Shown here in pieces: positions 39,524 through 49,855 of a DNA stretch of 64,000 nucleotides. Made by a program: the position numbers and the translations under genes. Under the pieces are notes generated by a model. That model ran no database searches. It was not told the origin of the DNA and saw only the letters and a list, made by a program, of their open reading frames with translations. This DNA is from an uncultured Candidatus Saccharibacteria bacterium (GTDB lineage Bacteria > Patescibacteriota > Minisyncoccia > Phycocordibacterales > UBA3531): NCBI GenBank assembly GCA_964361405.1, contig CAYIAA010000004.1, positions 10,508 to 74,507 on the forward strand, written 5' to 3'. Positions within the stretch are counted from its first letter, which is position 1; each line of letters begins with the position of its first letter.

Positions 39524-39913
39524 ATGAAAAAACCTCTGTATATTTTTTCAGCGTGTATCTTTTTCTTACTCATCGCCACGCTCTGGTGGGGGTGGGCGCT
39601 AGAAAAGGAGGTTCTAGAACTCAAGGCGAATGAGCTGTCCATAGAGGTTAATGGGAAGGTAATCGAATTTGCACATGCTTTTATAACCATTGTTCTCCGT
39701 GCCGATGGCGAAGTGGATTTCGAAGACCGACTGAAACTTGAGACTATGGTTTGAGGCATTGGCGACAAAGAGATATTTGACGCATGGAGCGCAATACCGA
39801 AGAGTACGAGTGAAAACGTCGCACAAAAACGGGTTCTCGACCTGCTTGAAATTCTCTTTGGGAAAATCAGCACGCAAGAGAATGCGGGGGGAGGCGTAAA
39901 AATATCGGAGTAA
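39524..39913 (+). pseudogene. Membrane-anchored hypothetical gene interrupted by an in-frame TGA at 39752
   Basis: Frame continues 52 sense codons past the TGA to TAA 39911-13, ending just before the next gene. Confidence 0.55.
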
Positions 39914-39927
39914 TCAAGAGAGAAACT

Positions 39928-40170
39928 GTGAACAACAATACTGTTATCATGTATACAACTCCGACGTGCACGTACTGCAAAATGGCGAAGGATTTCTTCA
40001 AAGCGCAGGGAGTTGTGTATTCAGAGCACGATGTCGTCTCTGATCTTTCGGCGCGAAAAGAGATGATCGATAAATCAGGCCAGATGGGAGTACCGGTGAT
40101 TGAAGTGAACGGCGAAATCGTTATCGGTTTCAACAAGGAAAAGCTCTCAACTCTTCTCGGATTCGTCTAG
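39928..40170 (+). CDS. Glutaredoxin-like (NrdH/YruB) protein
   Basis: CTYC, 'GQMGVPVI', 'IGF'. Confidence 0.9.
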   Translation: MNNNTVIMYTTPTCTYCKMAKDFFKAQGVVYSEHDVVSDLSARKEMIDKSGQMGVPVIEVNGEIVIGFNKEKLSTLLGFV

Positions 40171-40176
40171 GAGGAT

Positions 40177-41133
40177 ATGGAGTCCTACGATGTCGTCATT
40201 ATTGGCACTGGCGCCGCAGGACTCTCCGCGGCACTCTATGCGGGGCGCTACCGGCTGAAAACACTCGCAATCGGAAAAGAATTCGGCGGAGAGACCGCGA
40301 CAGCCGGCGTGATCCACAATTACCCCGGCGTCGCGGATGTCGACGGCTACGACCTTATGAAGATTATGCGCGAGCAAGCGGAAGGTGTCGGCTCGGAAAT
40401 TATTGATGGAGAGGTGACGGAAGTGCGAGGCGACCAAGGATGTTTCATCATTGTAGCGGGTGGGAAAGAATACTCCGCGGGTACGATTATTTTTGCCTTG
40501 GGCACAAAGCGGAGGCATCTGGGACTCCCTAATGAAAAAGAACTCACTGCGCGTGGGGTCCACTACTGCATCACCTGCGACGGGCCGCTGTATACTGGCA
40601 AAACAATCGCCGTTGTCGGCGGGGGAGATGCCTCGGTAAAGGGCGTCAATTTGGCGGGGGAGTACGCAGAGAAGATTTATCTGATCGTGATGGACAAAAA
40701 GATTACCGCAGAGCCGATTAATTACCAACAAATGGAACGGCTGGGAAATAAAGTAGAGATACTCTACGAGACCGAGGTCAAAGAGATTATAGGGAGCGAA
40801 AAACTCGAACACCTCGTACTCTCAAAGCCCTTCAGTGGTTCGACCAATCTTGCAGTAGACGGTCTTTTTGTTGAAATTGGCGCACTGCCGAATGTTCTGC
40901 TTCCTCAATCACTCGGCGTATTGCTCGACAGTCGCGGCTATATTGCTACTGACGCCATGATGAAGACGAATGTGCCCGGTATTTTTGCCGCAGGAGATAC
41001 GGTAAATCTCTTTGGGAGGTTTAAGCAGGATGTTACGGCTGTGGCTATGGGAGCCGTTGCGGCAACATCGTCCTACGAGCACGTTAAGCAGAACGGAAAT
41101 GTATGTGTTATTCATCAACGCGTGAGGGCGTGA
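40177..41133 (+). CDS. trxB: Thioredoxin reductase
   Basis: GTGAAG, 'GVHYCITCDG', 'VVGGGD', 'T.VPGIFAAGD'. Confidence 0.85.
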   Translation: MESYDVVIIGTGAAGLSAALYAGRYRLKTLAIGKEFGGETATAGVIHNYPGVADVDGYDLMKIMREQAEGVGSEIIDGEVTEVRGDQGCFIIVAGGKEYSAGTIIFALGTKRRHLGLPNEKELTARGVHYCITCDGPLYTGKTIAVVGGGDASVKGVNLAGEYAEKIYLIVMDKKITAEPINYQQMERLGNKVEILYETEVKEIIGSEKLEHLVLSKPFSGSTNLAVDGLFVEIGALPNVLLPQSLGVLLDSRGYIATDAMMKTNVPGIFAAGDTVNLFGRFKQDVTAVAMGAVAATSSYEHVKQNGNVCVIHQRVRA

Positions 41134-41975
41134 TGGGCAACAATACCATGTCTCACAAACTCCTTTTTGATATCGGTGGTACGCGGACACGTCTCGCATT
41201 CTCGCCCGACGACGATACCCTGGGTGCCATAGAAAGTTTTGATACAGCGAAAGAATTCGGAGATCAGCTAAAAGCCATGAAGAGTGCGGCTTTGAAGTTA
41301 GCCGGCGGCGATGTACAAGGGATTTTTGGAGGATTGCCGGGGGTTTTAAATCGCGATAAAACCACTCTTCTCACTTCACCACATCTGCCTCAATGGGTAG
41401 GCGTAAATATAAAGGAATCGCTTCGTACATTATTCGGCGGAGATGGAGAGGTGCGACTTGAGAATGATGCCGCACTCGCGGCTTTGGGAGAAGCACACCG
41501 TGGTGCCGGGAAGGGATATCGCATTGTTGCCTATATCGGCGTTGGAACAGGGATAGGCGGCGCTCGCATCGTAGGTGGAAAAATTGATGAGAGATTCGCC
41601 GGTTTTGAACCTGGGCACCAGATTATTGATGTTCGTGGAACACTTCACCCGGAGGCAGGGAATAAAACGAGGTTCGAGGAATTAGTTTCAGGTTCTGCAT
41701 TCGAAAAACGCTTTGGAAAACATCCACGGGAAGTCACCGACGAGGCGGTATGGGACGAAACGGCAAAGATTTTCGCCGTGGGGCTTCATAATACTATCGT
41801 CCACTGGTCGCCGGAGGTAGTTGTCCTCGGCGGGAGCATGTTCAAAACACCGGGAATATCAATAGAGCGCGTCCGAGACACCCTCAAGGAATACCTCGCC
41901 ATTTACCCGGAACTTCCGGAGTTGAAGCATGCCGAGCTTGGAGATGAGAGCGCCCTATATGGCGCACTCATCTGA
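41133..41975 (+). CDS. ROK family sugar kinase
   Basis: DIGGT, ENDA, GTGIGG, EPGH; start may be 41148. Confidence 0.85.
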   Translation: MGNNTMSHKLLFDIGGTRTRLAFSPDDDTLGAIESFDTAKEFGDQLKAMKSAALKLAGGDVQGIFGGLPGVLNRDKTTLLTSPHLPQWVGVNIKESLRTLFGGDGEVRLENDAALAALGEAHRGAGKGYRIVAYIGVGTGIGGARIVGGKIDERFAGFEPGHQIIDVRGTLHPEAGNKTRFEELVSGSAFEKRFGKHPREVTDEAVWDETAKIFAVGLHNTIVHWSPEVVVLGGSMFKTPGISIERVRDTLKEYLAIYPELPELKHAELGDESALYGALI

Positions 41976-42047
41976 ACTTGCGTCTAGAGAGAGACAGAAC
42001 TCTCATAAAGAGAGGCCCCAATAGAACAATGTGGTACTATGGCGCCC

Positions 42048-43145
42048 ATGTCACTTAAAGCGGGTATTGTTGGGTTGCCGAATGTGGGGAAATCGACCTT
42101 GTTTAATGCGCTCACCGGTCGGTCAGTTCCTGCCGAGAACTATCCTTTTACTACCATTGATCCGTCGGTGGGGACGATCTCGGTGCCCGATGAAAGGCTT
42201 ATAAAGCTTACCGAGCTGTCGCGATCAAAAAAGACCGTTCCAGCCATTGTTTCATTTGTGGACATTGCCGGACTCGTTCAAGGAGCGCACAAGGGTGAAG
42301 GGCTCGGCAACCAGTTTCTTTCTCACATCCGAGAAGTTGACGCGATCATTGAAGTTGTCCGATTATTTTATGACGATAAAATTATTCATGTTGGAGGAAA
42401 AGTCTCTCCGGTTGAAGATATCGGGGTCATTGAACTTGAACTTACACTTGCGGATCTGGGGACGGTCGAGCGGCGGCTCGGCGCACTTACCGGAGATGTG
42501 AAAAAGGGCATCCCTCTGGCACTTCTCGAAACAAAAGTTTTAAGTTCACTTAAGGAAGCCCTTGAGAGGGGAAAGAGGGTCTCCTCTCTTCAACTGGATA
42601 AAAAAGAAGAGCCCTTCGTGAAGAATCTTTCTCTTCTTACCGCGAAACCCGTTTTGTATGCGTTCAATATAAAAATTGGCGGACGCAATATGAATGAAAC
42701 CGAGCCGGAAAAGTTTCAGGAGTTTTGTGACGGAATACAGAGCCGCGGCGATCGGTATGTCATCGTCGACGCGGGGCTTGAGTTTGGGATGGAGTCACTC
42801 TCGAAGGAAGAGCAATCCGAAATTCGTGCCGGATTGCCTTCGGGATATGGAGGGCTCGATGCCCTTATCAAAGAATCTTATGCACTTCTTGATCTCATCA
42901 CATTTTTTACAACGGGCGAGGATGAGACACGTGGATGGACAATTTCCCGAGGTGAGAGCGCACCGGAGGCGGGAGCCGCAATCCACACTGACTTTCGGGA
43001 TACATTTATTCGAGCGGAAGTTGTCGCCGCAAGCGATCTCCTCACGTTGGGAAGTATGGCGAAGGCCCGGGAAGATGGGCGCGTTCGAACGGAAGGGAAG
43101 GAATACATCGTAAAAGATGGAGATGTAATTGAGTTTAAGATATAG
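42048..43145 (+). CDS. ychF: Redox-regulated ATPase YchF
   Basis: GLPNVGKSTLFN, NYPFTTI, DIAGLV, 'GKEYIVKDGD'. Confidence 0.95.
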   Translation: MSLKAGIVGLPNVGKSTLFNALTGRSVPAENYPFTTIDPSVGTISVPDERLIKLTELSRSKKTVPAIVSFVDIAGLVQGAHKGEGLGNQFLSHIREVDAIIEVVRLFYDDKIIHVGGKVSPVEDIGVIELELTLADLGTVERRLGALTGDVKKGIPLALLETKVLSSLKEALERGKRVSSLQLDKKEEPFVKNLSLLTAKPVLYAFNIKIGGRNMNETEPEKFQEFCDGIQSRGDRYVIVDAGLEFGMESLSKEEQSEIRAGLPSGYGGLDALIKESYALLDLITFFTTGEDETRGWTISRGESAPEAGAAIHTDFRDTFIRAEVVAASDLLTLGSMAKAREDGRVRTEGKEYIVKDGDVIEFKI

Positions 43146-43272
43146 TTCGGCGCGTAGAGTATATATACTGTGGCGGAGGACTATATACAATACAACGTTG
43201 CAGAGTTATCATAATCATGATAACTTGTGTTTTCTACAACAATACTTTTTTGCTATAATTAAATCGATACGT

Positions 43273-43611
43273 ATGGACGTAACGCAAGCACGAAACAGGT
43301 TAAAGGCATTCATGGGGGAGTATGACACACTAACTTTTAGTGTGTCTGATTATCCTAGTGGTGAATGGATAGCAGAATGCAGAGAAATTCCTGCGATTCT
43401 AACTGGAGGTATGAACGAAGCTGCTCCAGAACGTATCGAAAAAATGCAAGATGCTATTATCACTGCTGCAGGGATTCCAGCAGGACACGCTAACGTTCTT
43501 AAGCTTTCTGGATATCAATTTAATGAAGAAGCACAACAGGAGTTAGGTAGGTCTTTTAATTCAATGGCAACATATGTCCTACAACCCGAGAGAAGCCTAC
43601 AGGTCTGTTAG
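43273..43611 (+). CDS. HicB-like antitoxin candidate
   Basis: 'GEWIAECREIPAILTGG...E..EKMQDAI' resembles the HicB N-domain; AT-rich; TGcTATAAT upstream. Confidence 0.5.
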   Translation: MDVTQARNRLKAFMGEYDTLTFSVSDYPSGEWIAECREIPAILTGGMNEAAPERIEKMQDAIITAAGIPAGHANVLKLSGYQFNEEAQQELGRSFNSMATYVLQPERSLQVC

Positions 43612-43915
43612 GCTTAACAAAGGACATCTTGTTGCCCGGATAAAAAATATAACCCAGAGTAAATGGACCAAGGTTTGTGAAAATCTTGGCCTTTTTGTAT
43701 CAAAAGAATATGGAAAAGGAGGACACTACTCCGTTTATAGGTCAAAAGAATGTTCCCCAGAGTACACAAATGATAGTAGTTGTCTCGTTTTAACTATTCA
43801 GAAAGACCAATATCCAGAAATTCAGAGGGATAATGTAAAAAAGATTGTTGCCTATGGGGCTTACAGTAAGCTTTATACAGAAGAAGATGTTTGGAAAGCT
43901 TTAGGAATTCAATAA
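43574..43915 (+). CDS. HicA-like toxin candidate
   Basis: 'LGL....GKGGHY.VY' resembles the HicA G-F...KGSH pattern; overlaps its partner. Confidence 0.45.
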   Translation: MSYNPREAYRSVRLNKGHLVARIKNITQSKWTKVCENLGLFVSKEYGKGGHYSVYRSKECSPEYTNDSSCLVLTIQKDQYPEIQRDNVKKIVAYGAYSKLYTEEDVWKALGIQ

Positions 43916-43954
43916 CCCGATTTTATATCAAGGGCCGCCCTTGATAATTAAGGA

Positions 43955-43979
43955 CACTTGGAAGCTTCGCTTCCAAGTG
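43955..43979. repeat. 25-bp palindrome CACTTGGAAGC(GAA/TTC)GCTTCCAAGTG
   Basis: Exact reverse complement of the copies at 34262-286 and 52385-409. Confidence 0.85.
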
Positions 43980-44064
43980 CGAAAAAGATAAGTTCTCGTG
44001 GCGAGAGTTGTACCCTTATGGAAATTAGTGATATACTTGCCCCATACTAGTTATTCACTAAAAT

Positions 44065-45030
44065 ATGAATACAGACACACAACGTATAAGAACAAGTCCG
44101 AAGGATTTTTTCCTTCACGTAGCCGCAATCATAACGCTCTATACGAGCTCCTATGCGCTACTCCAGCTTACGTTCCAGCTCGTAGATTATCTTTTCCCGG
44201 ATGAGCTTGCGTTCTATGTCGATCCGTATGCCGGCGCGATTCGCTGGTCCATTGCACTTCTCGTCATTATTTTCCCCGTCTATATCTTGTGCATGTGGTT
44301 TTTGAATCGGGAAATGGTGAAAAATCCAGAAAAGCGAGATGTCGGAATCAGAAAATGGCTTCTCTATCTTACGCTTTTCATCTCCGGCACCGTGGTTATT
44401 GGAGACCTCATTGCTCTCATCAATACTTTCCTGGGAGGTGAAATTACGGCTCGTTTCATGTTGAAGGTCAGTGCTGTACTCATCGTTGCCGCGCTCATTT
44501 TCGGTTACTATATCTTCGACTTACGCTCGAGTGGCGGGCGCGACCGCCGGAAGTACCGAATATTTATGGGGACCGCTATCGCCCTCGTACTTGCCGTTCT
44601 CGTCGGTGGATTCCTAGTGATGGGTTCACCGGGGACACAGCGTATTAAGCGTTTTGATGCGACACGCGTGGAGAATTTACAGGCAATTCAGTGGGAAATC
44701 ATCAATTATTGGCAACAGCGCCAAATACTTCCACCTGACCTTGAAGCCATGACAAACCCTATCGGCGGATGGATTGCCCCGACAGACCCCGATACCCAGG
44801 AACCTTACAACTATGAAGTACTTGGGTCGCGCATCTTTAAACTCTGTGCCACCTTTAGTCTCGCTTCAGACGGAGTCTCTGGAGCGGATACCCTTTCTAG
44901 AGAGCCAGCCCGGCCGGTTAAGGCGATTCCCGGGGGGAGTATGGAATCGTGGAATTGGCAGCACAACACTGGACCAACTTGTTTTGAGAGAACCATCGAC
45001 CCACAGATATATCCCCCATACAAGAATTAA
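44065..45030 (+). CDS. DUF5671-like membrane protein
   Basis: 'PKDFFLH', 'IRKWLLYLTLF', 'GSP...R..RFD..RV..LQ.I', 'DP.T..PY.Y', 'F.LCATF'. Confidence 0.75.
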   Translation: MNTDTQRIRTSPKDFFLHVAAIITLYTSSYALLQLTFQLVDYLFPDELAFYVDPYAGAIRWSIALLVIIFPVYILCMWFLNREMVKNPEKRDVGIRKWLLYLTLFISGTVVIGDLIALINTFLGGEITARFMLKVSAVLIVAALIFGYYIFDLRSSGGRDRRKYRIFMGTAIALVLAVLVGGFLVMGSPGTQRIKRFDATRVENLQAIQWEIINYWQQRQILPPDLEAMTNPIGGWIAPTDPDTQEPYNYEVLGSRIFKLCATFSLASDGVSGADTLSREPARPVKAIPGGSMESWNWQHNTGPTCFERTIDPQIYPPYKN

Positions 45031-45051
45031 AACCTTCTATCTTCTGCTACT

Positions 45052-47529
45052 GTGTCTGCCTACGACCACCGCAAAGTAGAGAAGAAGTGGCGAGAAAAGT
45101 GGGAAAAAGAAAATCTCTACCGCACGCCTGAAGACTCGTCCATAGGGCCTACGTCCGAGGACTCCGGTAAAAAGAAATTTTATGCACTCGACATGTTTCC
45201 GTACCCCTCTGGGGATGGACTCCATGTAGGGCATCCGAAGGGTTACATAGCCACCGACGTTTATACGCGGATGAAGCGGATGCAGGGATACCAAGTGCTC
45301 CACCCAATGGGATGGGATGCCTTTGGCTTGCCTGCGGAGAATTACGCGATTAAAAATAAGATTCATCCGAGGGTGGCGGTTGAAAAAAACATTGCGCGAT
45401 TTAAAGAGCAACTATCTCTTCTTGGATTTAACTACGATTGGACTCGTGAATTGAATACCACCGATCCTGAATATTACCGATGGACGCAGTGGGTATTCCT
45501 AAGGCTTTTGGGGAAAGGTCTCGCCTACGAATCGAATGAACCAATCAATTGGTGTCCGTCATGCAAGACCGGACTCGCAAATGAAGATCTTGATGGCGAT
45601 AGTTGTGAGCGTTGTGGAACCAAGGTAGAGAAACGGCCGGTACGCCAGTGGGTGTTGAAAATTACCGATTACGCAGACCGCTTACTCAGTGGTTTGGAAA
45701 AACTCGACTGGCCGGAATCAATCAAAGAATCGCAGAGAAACTGGATTGGAAAGAGCGAGGGGGCCGAGATCGATTTTCCAATCAAAGACTACGATAAAAA
45801 AATTACGATTTTTACCACTCGGCCGGATACGCTTTTCGGCGCGACCTATATTGTGCTTTCTCCCGAGCACCCGCTTGTCCAAGAATTGAAGCCATCCATC
45901 AATAATTGGGACGAGGTTATATACTATGTGAAGATTGCGCTGGCGAAACAGGACATTGATCGCACCGCCGAAGGAAAAGAAAAAACTGGTGTGGCGCTCA
46001 AGGGTATATCGGCGGTAAATCCGGGAACAGGTGAAAATATTCCCGTATGGATTGCCGACTATGTGCTCCCGCACTACGGCACTGGGGCTATTATGGCGGT
46101 GCCGGCGCATGATGAGAGGGATTTGAGATTTTGGAAAAAATATCGTGAACAACTGGGAAAATTTTCTGCGGTCATTTACCCTGACGGAGCGGAACTTGAA
46201 ATACCCCAAATAATTGAAACAGCCGCAGCATATACCCGCGAAGGCATACTGCGCAATTCCGCCGAGTTCAACGGCATGGAGAGCGGCAGGGCACGGATTG
46301 AAATTTCAAAAAAGTATGGCAGATTGAAAACTGCATACCATCTCCAGGACTGGATTTTCTCACGCCAGCGCTACTGGGGGGAGCCGATTCCGGTTATTCA
46401 TTGCCCCGCCTGCGGCGTGGTTCCGGTACCCGAAAAGGATTTGCCCGTGACATTGCCGGACGTGGCGACATACGAGCCGACGGGTACGGAAGAGTCACCG
46501 CTTGCGGGGATTTCAGAGTGGGTGAACGTAGAGTGCCCTCGGTGCGGTGGAAAAGGTAAGCGTGAGACGAATACCATGCCCCAGTGGGCGGGGTCATGTT
46601 GGTACTATCTCCGGTATCTTGATCCAAAAAATAATACGGAGCTTGTGAATCGAGAAAAAGAAAAATACTGGCTTCCAGTAGACCTCTATGTTGGCGGCGC
46701 GGAGCACGCGACACGGCACCTAATCTACGCCCGATTTTGGCACAAATTTCTTTATGATATCGGGGTAGTACATACGGAGGAACCATTTACCAGGCTTCAA
46801 AGTGTCGGGCTTGTACTTGCCGAAGACGGTAAAAAAATGAGCAAACGGTGGGGTAATGTTATTAATCCCGACGACATTGTTGAGCGTTTCGGCGCGGACA
46901 CACTCCGGATGTACGAGATGTTCATGGGGCCCTTTTCACAATCGATAGCGTGGAGTACCGATAATATGGTCGGGGTTAGGAGATTTCTCGAGCGGGTATG
47001 GGAATATGTTACCGATGGGAGTGTGTCTTTGGGGGCAGACGAAAGTAGTGATGAACAAAAAGTACTGCTTCATAAAACAGTAAAGAAGGTGGGTGATGAC
47101 ATAGAGTCTATGCGTTTTAATACGGCCATATCTGCGCTTATGATATATCTCAATGAAACAAAATCTCGGAAACCTTCGCGGCAGAGTATTGAAGCATATC
47201 TGAAACTTCTCGCTCCATTTGTTCCCCATATTGCCGATGAGCTTTGGGAAGAGATGGGACATACTAAATCTATCCACCTTGAATCCTGGCCCATGGCAGA
47301 GCCGCGATATTTCAAGGCGGGGAGTGTGACAATTCCCGTACAAGTGGACGGCAAGGTGCGTGACGTGATGATATTCGATTCTTTACCTACCAAAGAAGAG
47401 GTGGGGAAGAAAGTTAAACAGAGCGAGAAGATACTACGCTTCATTGGGGATAAAAAAATCGTACGGGAGGTTTATGTCGAGGGTAAAATATACTCATTAG
47501 TGCTCGAGAACTTGACGGAAGGAAGCTAA
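45052..47529 (+). CDS. leuS: Leucine--tRNA ligase
   Basis: 'MFPYPSG.GLHVGH', 'FTTRPDT', 'SRQRYWG', KMSK. Confidence 0.97.
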   Translation: MSAYDHRKVEKKWREKWEKENLYRTPEDSSIGPTSEDSGKKKFYALDMFPYPSGDGLHVGHPKGYIATDVYTRMKRMQGYQVLHPMGWDAFGLPAENYAIKNKIHPRVAVEKNIARFKEQLSLLGFNYDWTRELNTTDPEYYRWTQWVFLRLLGKGLAYESNEPINWCPSCKTGLANEDLDGDSCERCGTKVEKRPVRQWVLKITDYADRLLSGLEKLDWPESIKESQRNWIGKSEGAEIDFPIKDYDKKITIFTTRPDTLFGATYIVLSPEHPLVQELKPSINNWDEVIYYVKIALAKQDIDRTAEGKEKTGVALKGISAVNPGTGENIPVWIADYVLPHYGTGAIMAVPAHDERDLRFWKKYREQLGKFSAVIYPDGAELEIPQIIETAAAYTREGILRNSAEFNGMESGRARIEISKKYGRLKTAYHLQDWIFSRQRYWGEPIPVIHCPACGVVPVPEKDLPVTLPDVATYEPTGTEESPLAGISEWVNVECPRCGGKGKRETNTMPQWAGSCWYYLRYLDPKNNTELVNREKEKYWLPVDLYVGGAEHATRHLIYARFWHKFLYDIGVVHTEEPFTRLQSVGLVLAEDGKKMSKRWGNVINPDDIVERFGADTLRMYEMFMGPFSQSIAWSTDNMVGVRRFLERVWEYVTDGSVSLGADESSDEQKVLLHKTVKKVGDDIESMRFNTAISALMIYLNETKSRKPSRQSIEAYLKLLAPFVPHIADELWEEMGHTKSIHLESWPMAEPRYFKAGSVTIPVQVDGKVRDVMIFDSLPTKEEVGKKVKQSEKILRFIGDKKIVREVYVEGKIYSLVLENLTEGS

Positions 47530-47540
47530 GCTGATACAAT
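47512..47540 (+). promoter_or_regulatory. Sigma70-type promoter
   Basis: TTGACG, 17 nt, TACAAT, 14 nt before ATG 47555. Confidence 0.65.
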
Positions 47541-47554
47541 TATTACCACTGGAT

Positions 47555-48589
47555 ATGAAGCAAATTGTCATCACGTTTAAACCAAGGCAGGTGACTCGCG
47601 CTATCCTCTCTCCGCTCTCTGAGCGGGCACAAGAGGTTATTAAAATGCGTTATGGCCTTGGTTCGGAACCGCGGAAAATGACACTTGAAGCGATTGGAGA
47701 GCGTTATGACATCACTCGTGAGCGAGTGCGCCAAATAGAAAGCTTTTCGTTGGCAAGCATCAGAAAATCGAAAAATTTCGAAGAGATAACTCCGGTTTTT
47801 GACGAACTAAAAGAGATAATGAATGATTACGGAAGTATCGTCCATGAGAAAGATTTTTTGAAACATGTTTCTCCCGAGCCGGCGCTCCAAAATCATATTC
47901 ATTTTCTACTTGTTGTAGGAGATTATTTTGAACGGTTGCGCGAGGACGAAGAATTCCACCACCGTTGGATAGTCGACAAAGAACTCGGCGAGCAAGTGCA
48001 TACATCGCTTCGTAAACTCTATAAAGGACTTTCTCCGGAGGGTCTTGTGAGTGAGTCAGACATTATCGTAAAATTCCTCGATCACCTTCGAGAGGAAATA
48101 AAGGGTATGCGGGACAAGGAAATGGCGGGGCGGTGGCTCCGTATCTCGAAGACCATTGGAAAAAATTCGCTTGGGGAGTGGGGAGTTGCGAGTTCTCCAA
48201 ATGTTCGTGCCCGGGGAATCCGAGACCTTGCCTATCTCGTTCTTCGCCAGCACGGCTCTCCCATGCACTTTACCGAGGTGGCTCGGGCGATCGAAGCGAA
48301 GTTCGGACGGAAGGCACATGTCGCCACTTGCCATAACGAGCTCATTAAAGATAAACGATTCGTTCTCGTGGGACGCGGACTCTATGCACTGAGTGAATGG
48401 GGGTACGAGCGGGGAATTGTGAAAGACGTAATTAAGACGATTCTCACGAAAGAAGGTCCCCTCAAGAAAGAGGACGTTGTCGACCGAGTGCTCAAGGAAC
48501 GACACGTCAAAGAAAACACAATTCTCGTCAATCTTCAGAACAGCAAACACTTCAAGCGCGACGGAAGCGGACGATATATGCCGGTATAG
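47555..48589 (+). CDS. Sigma-70 region 4 HTH fused to winged-helix (HARE-HTH/RpoE-like) domains
   Basis: 'MRYGL....TLEAIGERYDITRERVRQIE'; C-terminal 'PMHFTEV...HNELIKDKRFVLVGRGLYALSEW'. Confidence 0.75.
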   Translation: MKQIVITFKPRQVTRAILSPLSERAQEVIKMRYGLGSEPRKMTLEAIGERYDITRERVRQIESFSLASIRKSKNFEEITPVFDELKEIMNDYGSIVHEKDFLKHVSPEPALQNHIHFLLVVGDYFERLREDEEFHHRWIVDKELGEQVHTSLRKLYKGLSPEGLVSESDIIVKFLDHLREEIKGMRDKEMAGRWLRISKTIGKNSLGEWGVASSPNVRARGIRDLAYLVLRQHGSPMHFTEVARAIEAKFGRKAHVATCHNELIKDKRFVLVGRGLYALSEWGYERGIVKDVIKTILTKEGPLKKEDVVDRVLKERHVKENTILVNLQNSKHFKRDGSGRYMPV

Positions 48590-48600
48590 GTATAGAGGAT

Positions 48601-49851
48601 ATGTCTGTCGGCGAAGTATTAAGCCAGCTTCGAGAGCCCTTCGGGGAGCTTTTTGGGCAGGTCTATTTCGTTTATTTTGCCACAACCCTCCCGTACTGGG
48701 GGCCACCACTTCTCCTTTGGCTATTCATCTATCTCTGGTTTTTTTATGTCCAAATGTACTTCGCCTCGGAACGAGACTGGATTATGCTCGAAGTGAAGCT
48801 CCCGAAAGATATTATGAAATCGCCCAAGGCGATGGAGGTTGTGCTTAACGTTTTTCACCAGCCTCCGCGCGGGACATGGTTTAACCGTCTCTGGAAGGGG
48901 CAGTTGCGAGCGTGGTTTTCGCTTGAGATCGTTTCTATCGGAGGAAATATAAAATTTTTCATTCGAACACATTCGTTTTTCCGGGAGATGATTGAATCGC
49001 AAATCTATTCACAGTACCCAGAAGTGCAGATTGAGACCGTCGAAGATTACACACGATACGTATCCTACCTCGACCCGGGTTCACCATGGGATTTCTACGG
49101 ACTTGAATGGAAACTTGATAAACCTGATCCGTATCCCATAAAAACCTATATTGACTATGAGCTCGATAAAGAGCGTCGAGAAGCGCGTGAACACGTCGAT
49201 CCGATCACCCCTATTATTGAGCTCATGGGATCTCTCCGGGGAAGCGAGCAACTATGGTTCCAGTTTGTCATCCGTGCAACGGACAAAAAATTCGGACGGA
49301 CGGGCTGGTTTAAGAGAAACGACTGGAAAGATGAAGGACGTGACCTTATACGTAAGCTGACGAAGCGAGATATAAAGGGCCCGGCTACTGAACAGCTTAG
49401 TTTCGCGGAGCAGTCTCTTTCGCCCGGAGAGCGACATGTTGTTGAAGCGATTGAGCGGAGTATTTCAAAATACGGATTTGACGTCGGAATTAGGACTGTC
49501 TACCTTGCCAAAAAGGAAGATTTTCGGCCGATCAGTTTTGTCGGCATGTTTATCGTGATGAAACAGTTCAGCTCTGCCGATCTGAACGGTTTCAAACATA
49601 TGAAAAAAACCGACTGGGACTATCCTTGGGAAGACTTTCGTGGGCATCGGCTCCGTATAAGGAAAAGGAGTATGTTCCGGGCATATGTGAGGAGATGGTT
49701 TTTTTACCCACCGTACCGGAGGCCGTATATGGTGCTCTCCGCGGAAGAGCTTGCAACTATCTACCACTTCCCGGGCGCTGTTTCCGAGACTCCAACTTTC
49801 GAGCGAACTACTTCCCGAAGAGCTGGTCCTCCGCCAAACCTTCCTACCTAA
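48601..49851 (+). CDS. Conserved membrane-anchored hypothetical protein
   Basis: N-terminal TMs, 'SPKAME', 'FSLEIVS', 'YSQYP', 'EELATIYHFP', 'PP.NLP' C-terminus. Confidence 0.7.
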   Translation: MSVGEVLSQLREPFGELFGQVYFVYFATTLPYWGPPLLLWLFIYLWFFYVQMYFASERDWIMLEVKLPKDIMKSPKAMEVVLNVFHQPPRGTWFNRLWKGQLRAWFSLEIVSIGGNIKFFIRTHSFFREMIESQIYSQYPEVQIETVEDYTRYVSYLDPGSPWDFYGLEWKLDKPDPYPIKTYIDYELDKERREAREHVDPITPIIELMGSLRGSEQLWFQFVIRATDKKFGRTGWFKRNDWKDEGRDLIRKLTKRDIKGPATEQLSFAEQSLSPGERHVVEAIERSISKYGFDVGIRTVYLAKKEDFRPISFVGMFIVMKQFSSADLNGFKHMKKTDWDYPWEDFRGHRLRIRKRSMFRAYVRRWFFYPPYRRPYMVLSAEELATIYHFPGAVSETPTFERTTSRRAGPPPNLPT

Positions 49852-49855
49852 AGCT

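Noticed and set aside
39752-39754. Genome-wide TGA recoding (code 4 or 25)
   Set aside because: TGA ends conserved genes at expected positions (tgt, uvrB, uvrA, ddl, trxB)
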